A DNA stretch of 64,000 bases from Candidatus Aenigmatarchaeota archaeon. Lineage in GTDB: Archaea > Aenigmatarchaeota > Aenigmatarchaeia > CG10238-14. Numbering within the stretch: the first letter of the stretch is position 1; every line of letters begins with the position of its first letter. Shown here one piece after another: positions 10,441 through 19,043 of this stretch. A model generated the notes under the pieces. That model did not search any database. It was not told the origin of the DNA and saw only the letters and a program-made list of their open reading frames with translations. The stretch is from contig JASEGC010000001.1 in assembly GCA_030018415.1 (NCBI GenBank), positions 407,033 through 471,032 of the forward strand. The letters are read 5' to 3'. A program made the translations under genes and the position numbers.

Positions 10441-11853
10441 TTATTTAATCTCTATCCTTTTACCTTCCTTGGCTAATTTGATCCTCGTCATTTTCTCATC
10501 TATCAACTCCAAGAAAAGACTGGGGAATTCAGAATGAACCGGTATCAAGATTTCAGGACAAACTTCTTTCAGTATCCCAGACAACTGTTCAGGAGAGCAA
10601 TGACCAGAAGTATGAGCAAACTTCATCTTCAACCCGCAGAGTTTAATCCAATTCTTCAGTCTTTCGTAAGTAAAGACCTCTTCCTCAGAATATGGCTCAG
10701 CCTTGCCGTAGACGTAAGTACCAGGAACGTCCTTGTCAACAGGCTTGAACTGAATCATCGTGCTTATCCCGTTAGTTGTATAAAGCAAGTATTCTTCCGG
10801 GTTCTTGAGTATCTTCTCTCTTCCATCAGGACCCCAGATAAACCACTCTTCAGCCAATTCTGGATCTTCGATCATTTTCTTCTCATAGTTGCTCCTTCCT
10901 TCACTAAAAACTTCCACGTACTCATCAGTTCCTCTTTGTCTCAGTCTGTTCAAGTATACCAAGAAATCTCCCCTACCAGGCAAACCTTCGAGCAGTCCGG
11001 TCTTTTCTGTTTCCAACAAGATGTAGGCCAGTCTCGATTCTATAATCAACTTTCGTCCATGTTTTTTAGCGACTTCAGCAACAGTCCTTACTCTATCCAA
11101 ATCCACAGAAGAACCATCGTATATTATCAAGTCATCAGTCTTACCCATGATAAAATCGATCTTCCTTTCTACATCTTTCTCAGTCGGTAATTTATGCTTG
11201 TCTGCCTCTCTGGGCTCTTTAGCTAGGTTTGTTCCCTCACAAATCATGCACTTAATATCCTCGTTCTTCAAGTGTTTAACAAAGGCCTTGGTCAAGACAT
11301 TCATGAAACCGGATATTCTGAAGTCGCCAGTGTAAACTATCGTCCCAGCAGACGTATGGATGATGAAAGCATGTGCACCTGGAACAGAGTGGTCGACAGC
11401 GAAAGGATCGACAGTTATGTCTTTTATCACCACATCCTTACCAGTCTTTATCTCTTTGAATTCTAGATGTCCAATCTTCCTTTCCCATGTTTGGTTGTAA
11501 GTCCTGTTCCTGATTTTAATCAAATCTCTCGAATATCTGCCAGTCCAAATAGGTATGTCTTCTCTTATCAAAGGAAGGTATCCGTAATGGTCCATGTGCG
11601 CATGTGACAGTAGGATAGCATCGACGAACGGCTTGCCTCGAGAAAACCTGTAGAAATTATTGAACCTCGGTAAAACGTTGGTCTTGAACAAGTCTTCGAT
11701 GTTTGTCGGCCTCAACTCAGGCCATTCGAAGTAAACCCCTTCTTTTGAGAAAGAAGTCCCGAAATCCAGGAAGACTCTAGTATCTTTATCCTCTAGAAGA
11801 ATCTTGTTACCGCCTATCTCGTTGATACCGCCGAAGAAAGTTAAATTTACCAT
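10441..11853 (-). CDS. metallo-beta-lactamase/beta-CASP ribonuclease, archaeal RNase J-like
   Basis: 470 aa. N-terminus FFGGINEIGGNKILLED, HAHMDHYG motif, and beta-CASP-like C-terminal H motif (AHTSGH). Confidence 0.7.
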   Translation of the reverse strand: MVNLTFFGGINEIGGNKILLEDKDTRVFLDFGTSFSKEGVYFEWPELRPTNIEDLFKTNVLPRFNNFYRFSRGKPFVDAILLSHAHMDHYGYLPLIREDIPIWTGRYSRDLIKIRNRTYNQTWERKIGHLEFKEIKTGKDVVIKDITVDPFAVDHSVPGAHAFIIHTSAGTIVYTGDFRISGFMNVLTKAFVKHLKNEDIKCMICEGTNLAKEPREADKHKLPTEKDVERKIDFIMGKTDDLIIYDGSSVDLDRVRTVAEVAKKHGRKLIIESRLAYILLETEKTGLLEGLPGRGDFLVYLNRLRQRGTDEYVEVFSEGRSNYEKKMIEDPELAEEWFIWGPDGREKILKNPEEYLLYTTNGISTMIQFKPVDKDVPGTYVYGKAEPYSEEEVFTYERLKNWIKLCGLKMKFAHTSGHCSPEQLSGILKEVCPEILIPVHSEFPSLFLELIDEKMTRIKLAKEGKRIEIK

Positions 11854-11892
11854 ACAATCTTTATTTCAAGTTCAAGAGTAAAATCATTATCT

Positions 11893-12526
11893 ATGTCGAT
11901 AAAAGCAGTTCTGTTTGATCTGGACCAGACGTTGATAGATTTTATTAAGATGAAGGTTGAGGCATGCCGATCGGCCATAAAGGCGATGATCAAAGCTGGT
12001 TTAAAAATCGACAAGAGAGAAGGATTGAAAAAGTTGATGGAAACTTACCACAGACTGGGTATAGAATCCGACGTAGCATTCAGTAGATTCCTGGAAGAAC
12101 AAACTGGTAGAATCGACGAAGAAATCTTGAAAGTCGGGATAGATGCATACTTGGAGACTAAGCAACGTTTCCTTAAGCCATATCCATACGTCCTAGAGAC
12201 TTTAGAAACTTTAAAAAACCTGAATTTAAAGCTTGGAATAGTGACTGATGCCCCCAGAAAAAAAGCGATGGGTAGGTTGAATGCTATGGGCATTGTTCAT
12301 TTTTTTTGACGTGATAATAACACTCGATGAGGCTGGAGTCAAGAAACCAAGTAAATTACCCTTTGTACTTGCGATGGAAGAGCTCAGATCGAAACCAGGA
12401 GAAATTTTATTCGTAGGCGACAGCTTAAAAAGGGATATCAAACCTGCTGAAAAATTGGGGATGAAAACCCTACTGATAAAAAAATACGAAGACCTGAAAA
12501 AAATTGAAAAAAAACTCAAAAGTTAG
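11893..12526 (+). pseudogene. HAD-superfamily hydrolase, reading frame broken by one extra T in a T8 run (12300..12307)
   Basis: ORFs 11893..12309 (AVLFDLDQTLIDF, LGIVTDAPRK) and 12281..12526 (FDVIITLDEAGVKKP...FVGDSLKRDI) are the N and C halves of one HAD protein. Deleting one T joins them as ...GIVHFFDVIITLDE. Confidence 0.8.
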
Positions 12527-12864
12527 ATTATTCCACCATTCTTCAAGAAATCCTTTAGTGCTATCCCATCTTCTGCACATACTTTTTTTCTTGGTGGCAG
12601 TATTCTGATCTTGCCATAACCAAAATCGACGACCAAATAAAAAGGGAGACCTTCAAGCTTTTTCTTCATGTATTCGTGAAAATAGAATTTCTTATTCTTG
12701 GTTGATTTCACTTGCAACAGTATGCTTTTTCCATCTTTGATGCATATCAAATCCGCTTCTCCAAGACTCGCACCTGCGCGTATGACCTTCCAATCATGAC
12801 TTTCAAACATCATCCTAATTTTTCTTTCAACCCTGTAACCTTTTTTTTTCGTGTTTGTCATCAA
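12523..12864 (-). CDS. hjc: archaeal Holliday junction resolvase Hjc-like nuclease
   Basis: 113 aa. KKGYRVERKIRMMFESHDWKVIRAGASLGEADLICIKDGKSILLQVKSTK fits the Hjc pattern KGxxxERxL...G..V.R..GS....DLIA...G....IEVK. Confidence 0.6.
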   Translation of the reverse strand: MMTNTKKKGYRVERKIRMMFESHDWKVIRAGASLGEADLICIKDGKSILLQVKSTKNKKFYFHEYMKKKLEGLPFYLVVDFGYGKIRILPPRKKVCAEDGIALKDFLKNGGII

Positions 12865-13102
12865 GATTAATCTGGTGATTATAAAATTTATTTCTAGTTG
12901 TCCAATAATTAAGAAAGGAAAATGAATTACACTCTATTGTCATTTGGTTTGATACATAATGATAAGTTCTTTCATAAGAATAACTGCAAATTTTGAAGAT
13001 CTGAGTAAACAAATAACTTCTGAGGCTGTTAGAGTTAGAAGGAATTGAAAAAGTTATGAAAAGTGAACCTAAATCCACAAAATGGTTACAATTAGCTACA
13101 CG

Positions 13103-13110
13103 TTTATAAG
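13103..13110 (+). promoter_or_regulatory. candidate TATA box upstream of aEF-2
   Basis: TTTATAAG lies 52 nt upstream of the TTG start in an A/T-rich intergenic region. Placement is plausible but untested. Confidence 0.3.
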
Positions 13111-13149
13111 TTTAAAAAACAAAAATGAAAATTTTAAAAAATAAATAAT

Positions 13150-13156
13150 GGAGGTG
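13150..13156 (+). promoter_or_regulatory. Shine-Dalgarno sequence of aEF-2
   Basis: GGAGGTG lies 5 nt upstream of TTG 13162. Confidence 0.6.
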
Positions 13157-13161
13157 AAAAA

Positions 13162-15444
13162 TTGCCCAAAAAAGAAATAACAGAAAGAATATTAGAAGTA
13201 ATGAAAGATCCAACAAGAATCAGAAACATCGCAACATCCTCGCAATAGAATTAGTACCACGCTAATTCTACGAGATTGTCCACCATGGTAAAACAACACT
13301 TACAGATAATTTAGCAATGTTGGCAGGAATGATTTCAGAGAAAGTAGCAGGTGACGTAGAGAAAGGAATGCTTACGTGGTTTGACGAAAGGTTAAATTAA
13401 CCCGTTAACAGGAACGTAAGCGTCAGCTAACCATCTACGGCGCAAATAAAAAAGCGTAAACGTTTCGATGGTTCATGAGTATGAGGGAAAGGATTATTTA
13501 ATAAATCTCGTTGATACACCGGGGCATGTCGACTTCGGCGGGGACGTAATTAAAACACGTTAAACCCGTGCGATGCGAGCGGTCGATGGAACTATAGTTC
13601 TAGTGTGTGCTGTAGAAGGAATAATGCCTCAAACAGAAACAGTGTTCAGACAAGCGTTAAGAGAAAGAGTGAAACCTGTTCTCTTCATCAACAAGGTTGA
13701 TAGGTTAATAAAAGAGTTAAAACTGACGCCAGAATCGATGCAGAAAAGGTTTGAAGATATTATTCGAGATGTTAACATCATCATCCAAAAATATGTAGAG
13801 GAAAGATACAAGGAAAAATGGCTTGTCAGTGTAGCAGAAGGAACGGTAGCTTTCGGCTCTGCGTACAGGAAATGGGCCATATCGATTCCTTTCATGCAGA
13901 AGACTGGTATCAATTTCAAAGATATAATAGACATGGTTAACCAAGGCAGAGATGAAGATTTAGCAAAAAAGGCACCCCTACATCAAGTCGTCCTCGACAT
14001 GATAATCAAACATCTACCGAATCCTTTGGAAGCACAAAAGTACAGACTAGAAAAGGTCTGGAAGGGTAGTTTGAGTACAGATGTAGGGAAGGACATGCTT
14101 GCTTGTAATCCGGACGGAAAGTTAGCGATGATCGTCACAAAAATGGTTCCTGATCCTCACGTAGGGTTTGTCGCAACTGGAAGATTATTCTCTGGAAAAA
14201 TTTTTAAGGGTAAAAATGTTCGATTGATAGGCCTACATAAGACTGAAAAAATACAGCAAGTTGCCATCTATAAAGGAATAACGAGAATTCCTGTAGAAGA
14301 AGTTACAGCTGGCAACATAGCTGCTGTCGTTGGTATCTCAGATGCTTTCACTGGAGAGACTGTCTGCGACGCAGAACAAGTCATCGAGCCTTTTGAAGCA
14401 ATAAAACACATTTTTGAGCCAGTCGTCACCAAAGCAATAGAACCGAAGAATCCGATGGACCTGCCGAAATTGATAAATGCATTGAAAAAGATAGGTAGGG
14501 AGGACACAACACTCCAAGTCAAGATTAACGAAGAGACTGGAGAGTACCTTGTCTCTGGGTTAGGAGAGTTACACCTAGACGCAAAAGTAGAGAGAAAACT
14601 AAAAGAAATGGGTATAGAAGTTGAGGCTTCTCCACCTATTGTAGTATACAGGGAAACTATTGCAACAAAGTCTCGTGTCATAGAGGGCAAATCACCGAAC
14701 AAACACAACAAATTCTATTTCTTCGTCGAACCACTACCTGAAAATGTAATTGAAGCCATGAAACTTGGTGACATACCTTCTGATATTGAAATAAAGAAGA
14801 AGAATATTGAACTACAGAAAAAACTTTCTGTTTTGGGAATGAACTACGAAGATGTGAAGAACATACTGGTTATCCATAGAAAAAACATGCTCATCGACAG
14901 AACTAAGGGAATACAATACTTGAACGAAGTTATAGAAATGATAAAAGAAGGTTTTGTCAGCATAATAGAAGAGGGACCTATGTCGAGGGAACCTTGCGTT
15001 GGTTTGAAAGTTGTATTGACAGATGCTGAGTTGCATGAAGATCCTGTTCATAGAGGACCAGGTCAAGTTTTACCGGCCGTGAAGTATGCGATCAGAACTG
15101 GAATGATGGATGCTGGAATCGTCTTGATGGAACCAAAGCAGATGATCAGGATTGATGTGCCCACAGAATTGATGGGTGGGGTATTAAGAGAGGTTCAAAA
15201 TAGACGAGGAAAGATCCTCGACATATCAGAAGAAAAAGGGGCGTCAATTCTTCAAGCAAAAGTACCAGTCGCAGAAATATTTGGTTTTGATGCAACTTTA
15301 AAATCAATCACAGGTGGGAAAGGTTTTTATAGTTTGATAGATGTTATATTTGAGAAGTTGCCCAGAGAATTACAGGATCAGACAGTCATAAAGATCAGGA
15401 AAAGAAAAGGTCTGAGTGAGAAGATACCAAAAATAGAAGAATAA
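13162..15444 (+). CDS. fusA: translation elongation factor 2 (aEF-2), coding region interrupted by four putative BHB mini-introns
   Basis: Exons are 13162..13244, 13277..13388, 13409..13445, 13460..13548 and 13564..15444, totalling 2202 nt (733 aa). Conserved blocks are [32 protein letters not shown] and NKVDRLI, and the C-terminal 623 aa are intact (ORF track 13573..15444). Unspliced, the 5' part hits stops at 13246, 13398, 13457 and 13561. Confidence 0.85.
13245..13276 (+). other. aEF-2 putative BHB intron 1 (32 nt)
   Basis: Central helix CTCG(13239..13242)/CGAG(13271..13274). 3-nt bulges CA|A and AT|T. Perfect 9-bp inner helix 13246..13254/13262..13270 with a 7-nt loop. Splicing joins ca|t into a His codon, giving ...IATSSHVHHGKTT. 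Confidence 0.7.
13389..13408 (+). other. aEF-2 putative BHB intron 2 (20 nt)
   Basis: Central helix GACG(13383..13386)/CGTT(13403..13406). Bulges AA|A and AA|C. Inner 4-bp helix GGTT(13390..13393)/AACC(13399..13402). Splicing joins FDE to QERKRQLTI. Confidence 0.7.
13446..13459 (+). other. aEF-2 putative BHB intron 3 (14 nt)
   Basis: Central helix GCGC(13440..13443)/GCGT(13454..13457). Bulges AA|A and AA|A. Outer helix ACG(13437..13439)/CGT(13461..13463). Splicing joins a|ac into an Asn codon, giving YGAN-VSMVH. Confidence 0.65.
13549..13563 (+). other. aEF-2 putative BHB intron 4 (15 nt, in frame, contains TAA)
   Basis: Central helix GACG(13543..13546)/CGTT(13558..13561). Bulges TA|A and AA|A. 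5-bp outer exon-exon helix 13538..13542/13565..13569. Splicing joins GGDV to TRAMRAVDG. Confidence 0.7.
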
Positions 15445-15493
15445 TATATTTAAAAATGAGATTGAATAATAAATTAGTGTTTGAGGAGGTGTA

Positions 15494-16774
15494 ATGATGG
15501 CAGAATTACCAAAGATTAACATCATGACAGCCGGTCACGTAGATCATGGTAAATCTACTTTAATCGGAAGACTGCTCTACGATTCTGGTGCGATAAGAGA
15601 AGATCAACTGAGAAAACTTAAAGAAGTAGCCAAAGAATTAAAGAGAGAAACGTTTGAGTTTGCCTTCGTCATGGATAGGTTGAAAGAAGAGAGAGAAAGA
15701 GGTTTAACCATAGATATAATGCATACCCCCTTCCACACGAAGAAGTACTATTATACGATAATCGATTGTCCAGGTCACAGAGACTTTGTCAAGAACATGA
15801 TCACTGGAACTTCACAGGCTGATGCCTCAATTTTTGTAGTTTCTGCTAAGCCTGGAGAGGGTGTTCAAGAACAGACGAAGGAGCATGCTTGGTTGATGAA
15901 AGTGATGGGCGTCAACCAGCTAGTGGTTGCTATAAACAAGATGGATACCACAAACTATGATCAAAAAAGATTCGACGAGATTGTTAGTGAAACTAAGAAA
16001 CTTTTGACCATGATTGGCTATAAAATCGATGAAATACCATTCATTCCTGTATCTGCTTTGCAAGGAGACAATGTCTTCAAGAAGTCGGATAAAATGGCTT
16101 GGTATAAAGGACCAACACTAGTTGAAGCGATGGACGCAACGATCAAACAACCCGAACTACCGATCGATAAACCGTTGAGAATACCAATACAAGACGTATA
16201 CACGATTACTGGAGTAGGTACAGTACCAGTTGGAAGAGTTGAGACAGGAATTTTGAAGACAGGAGATACTATACTTATTGAACCATCTGGTGCCAAAGGT
16301 GAAGTAAAGACAATAGAGATGTTCCATAAACAACAGCCAGAAGCAAAACCAGGAGATAACATTGGCTTCAATGTTAGAGGTATAGGGAAGGAAGATGTAA
16401 AAAGAGGGGATGTAGCAGGTCATCCAAAGAACCCACCGACAGTTGCAAAAGAATTCACAGCACAGATCGTCGTTCTACAACATCCTACTGTCATAACAGC
16501 TGGGTACACACCAGTTTTCCATCTAGGGACGGCCTCTATCGCATGTAAAATAGAAGAGATCATAGCAAAGGTTGATCCAAAGACAGGTCAAGTGATAAAA
16601 GAAAAGCCCGATTTCATAAAGACTGGAGATGCTGCAAGGATAAGAGTTGTTCCAACGAAAGCAATGGTTGTTGAGAAACAGGCTGACATTCCACAACTAG
16701 CAAGGTTCGCCATAAGAGACATGGGAATAACTGTTGCTGCCGGAATAGTCTTGGACGTGGTGAAAGCGAAGTAG
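15494..16774 (+). CDS. tuf: translation elongation factor 1-alpha (aEF-1A)
   Basis: [23 protein letters not shown] and NKMD motifs. 426 aa. Confidence 0.95.
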   Translation: MMAELPKINIMTAGHVDHGKSTLIGRLLYDSGAIREDQLRKLKEVAKELKRETFEFAFVMDRLKEERERGLTIDIMHTPFHTKKYYYTIIDCPGHRDFVKNMITGTSQADASIFVVSAKPGEGVQEQTKEHAWLMKVMGVNQLVVAINKMDTTNYDQKRFDEIVSETKKLLTMIGYKIDEIPFIPVSALQGDNVFKKSDKMAWYKGPTLVEAMDATIKQPELPIDKPLRIPIQDVYTITGVGTVPVGRVETGILKTGDTILIEPSGAKGEVKTIEMFHKQQPEAKPGDNIGFNVRGIGKEDVKRGDVAGHPKNPPTVAKEFTAQIVVLQHPTVITAGYTPVFHLGTASIACKIEEIIAKVDPKTGQVIKEKPDFIKTGDAARIRVVPTKAMVVEKQADIPQLARFAIRDMGITVAAGIVLDVVKAK

Positions 16775-16794
16775 CCTTTCTTTTTCTTTTATTT

Positions 16795-17889
16795 TTAAAA
16801 TATTCTAACTAAAATTTCTTCTTCCTCTTCTTCGTACGGTAGAGAGGGCTCTACTCTTTTTGTCATGAATTTATAAACTACAAGCATCACTAGAATTGCC
16901 ATCACAACAAGTAGGATGAATACGGGATTTTTCAGGGCAGCGATCAAATTCAGAAGAACTCTCTGTCTTCCTGTGATCAGAGTAGTTGTAGTAGTTTCAA
17001 GAGGACAATGAGAACAACCCTCTACGTTCGGTGCACAACGTATACACTTACCATCACTGCAAGTAACCCAACGATCCTTGAATGTCTCACAACAGTCTGT
17101 GTTGACAGAACAAATTGGAACAGTAGTCGTTGGAGCGATTATCGTACTAGTTGTAGTTACATCAGAACAAACGAGGCTTACCTCATAGGAAAAATTTTCA
17201 CCCTTATAATTGTAAACCATGAAGTAGTAAGTTCCTGGTTTGAGTGTTCCTGTACATTCTTCTTTAGTTTCCCCAGAACAAGGTCCACAATCGTATCCTC
17301 CTTCTGTCGAGCATTCATTCGGATAGTATCTTCCAACTTCTGGACATGTACTATCCCAGTTCGCAAAAAGGTCGTAGTCACCAAAATTATTGTTTTTAAT
17401 GATAGAGTTTAGCTGTATTCTTACTTTCTTTTCGGTTGATAACGTAAATTTAAAGTAATCTGAATCACCTTGAAGAGTAGATCTTCTTATAGTTTGGTCA
17501 CATTCTATCCTGCATGCTCCAAGGCAAGAATCACATCCTCCTAACGATGGAATTGTAGTCGAGGATGGGACTGAAGTAGTTGTTTGGGTTGTAACTGTGG
17601 TTGTTGTAATCATCGTCGCAGTGGTTGTTGCTGAAATACACATTCCATCTTCACATATCATCGGAGAACAGTCGTAGATCGTCACGTTGAGTTTATTTTC
17701 TGTACAATAAACTTCACTCAAAAATGCAGTGCTCATGCAGCTATCACAATAGATTGCGTTATCTAAAGTCACACAACCTTTGACAAAATAATTCAAACCA
17801 CCATCAGAATCAAAACAAGTTTGAGCATTGATGAATGGAATGACTAGAAGAAAAATTAACATGAAGAGTGATTTCTTGGATATACTCAT
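16795..17889 (-). CDS. secreted Cys-rich surface protein with PPC (pre-peptidase C-terminal)-like domain, Thr-rich linkers and C-terminal membrane anchor
   Basis: N-terminal signal peptide (LFMLIFLLVIPFINA). DSDYFKFTL...GDYDLFANW...PGTYYFMVYNY resembles a PPC domain. Poly-Thr stretches. C-terminal TM FILLVVMAILVMLVVY plus an acidic tail. Confidence 0.6.
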   Translation of the reverse strand: MSISKKSLFMLIFLLVIPFINAQTCFDSDGGLNYFVKGCVTLDNAIYCDSCMSTAFLSEVYCTENKLNVTIYDCSPMICEDGMCISATTTATMITTTTVTTQTTTSVPSSTTIPSLGGCDSCLGACRIECDQTIRRSTLQGDSDYFKFTLSTEKKVRIQLNSIIKNNNFGDYDLFANWDSTCPEVGRYYPNECSTEGGYDCGPCSGETKEECTGTLKPGTYYFMVYNYKGENFSYEVSLVCSDVTTTSTIIAPTTTVPICSVNTDCCETFKDRWVTCSDGKCIRCAPNVEGCSHCPLETTTTTLITGRQRVLLNLIAALKNPVFILLVVMAILVMLVVYKFMTKRVEPSLPYEEEEEEILVRIF

Positions 17890-17921
17890 GTTTAATATTT
17901 TCTTTGTATATTATAAATTTC

Positions 17922-18980
17922 ATGAGGGTAAAGATTGGTGGCAAGATAAAAAATTTCAGGACAATCTGGATGAAAGGAAAGACTGTTAGGATGATCGATC
18001 AAACAAAATTACCGTATAAATTCGAGATTTATGATTCTCTTGATTTCAAACAAACTGCTGAAGCAATTAAAAAAATGATCGTTAGAGGAGCACCTGCTAT
18101 TGGTGTGGCTGCAGGTTTTGGAATCGCTCAAGCAATTCTAGATGCACCCGAAGATAGATTTGAAGAATTCCTGAAACACGCAGTTGAAACTCTGAGAGAC
18201 ACAAGACCAACAGCACAGAACCTTTTCTGGACAATCGATAGAATCTTGAAAATTGTTATAAAAGGAAAAAATGTTTCTGAAAAGAAAAAGTTGGCTGTTG
18301 ACGAAGCAAACAAAATTGCTGATGAGGATGTAGAAACTTGTAAGAAAATTGGAGAATATGGTGACAAACTGATCAAGGATGGGGATAAAATCTTAACGCA
18401 CTGTAATGCTGGCGCTTTGGCAACTGTTGATTATGGCACTGCTCTTGCACCAATACGTTTCGCTCACTACGAAGGTAAGAAAATATTTGTCTTCGTTGAT
18501 GAAACGAGACCAAGATGTCAAGGTTCAAGATTAACTGCATGGGAATTATCACAAGAAGGAATAGAACATGCTATAATTGCAGATAATGCTGCTGGTTACT
18601 TCATGCAAAAAGGTGAAATAGATTTAGTTATAGTAGGTGCGGACAGAATATTAAGTAACGGTTTAACGGCGAATAAAATTGGCACATACGAAAAGGCAGT
18701 TTTAGCCAAAGAAAATGAGATTCCTTTTTATGTGGCAGCACCTACATCCTCATTTGATTTAAAATCCAAAGAAATTCCAATAGAAAAGAGAAGTCAGGAT
18801 GAGATCCTTTATATGTTTGGTTTAAATGATGAAGGAAAATTCAGCAGGGTTAGGATAGCTCCAAAGAAGAGTCAAGCATTGAACCCTGCGTTCGATACAA
18901 CACCAGCCAAGTTTATAACAAGTTTTATTACTGAGAAAGGAATTCTTAAACCTAAAGATTTCCGTAAATTATTCAAATAA
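17922..18980 (+). CDS. mtnA: methylthioribose-1-phosphate isomerase (eIF-2B alpha/beta/delta family)
   Basis: MIDQTKLPYKFEIY and IKKMIVRGAPAIGVAAGFG are the MtnA signature. The ATG at 17922 is preferred over the GTG at 17868. Confidence 0.8.
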   Translation: MRVKIGGKIKNFRTIWMKGKTVRMIDQTKLPYKFEIYDSLDFKQTAEAIKKMIVRGAPAIGVAAGFGIAQAILDAPEDRFEEFLKHAVETLRDTRPTAQNLFWTIDRILKIVIKGKNVSEKKKLAVDEANKIADEDVETCKKIGEYGDKLIKDGDKILTHCNAGALATVDYGTALAPIRFAHYEGKKIFVFVDETRPRCQGSRLTAWELSQEGIEHAIIADNAAGYFMQKGEIDLVIVGADRILSNGLTANKIGTYEKAVLAKENEIPFYVAAPTSSFDLKSKEIPIEKRSQDEILYMFGLNDEGKFSRVRIAPKKSQALNPAFDTTPAKFITSFITEKGILKPKDFRKLFK

Positions 18981-19043
18981 TTTTTCTAGAAATCGTGTGA
19001 TAGTTTTTATACGTAAATCTCACAAATATTTATCTGGGATAGA

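Noticed and set aside
13234-13470. Programmed -1 frameshifting or stop-codon readthrough as the explanation for the aEF-2 interruptions. All three frame changes are formally -1, and A AAA AAG-like sequence occurs at 13447..13454.
   Set aside because: At the first two sites the incoming frame closes (TAG 13246; TAA 13398) before the outgoing frame opens (TAA 13263..13265; TAA 13406..13408). No single slip can connect them, so only excision or long-range bypass works for all four sites.
13549-13569. Translational hopping (T4 gene 60-like) with take-off at CGT 13558 followed by TAA and landing at CGT 13567.
   Set aside because: It fits only this one site and would add two residues (IK) relative to canonical aEF-2. 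The other three sites have no matching take-off/landing codons. The BHB model explains all four with one rule.
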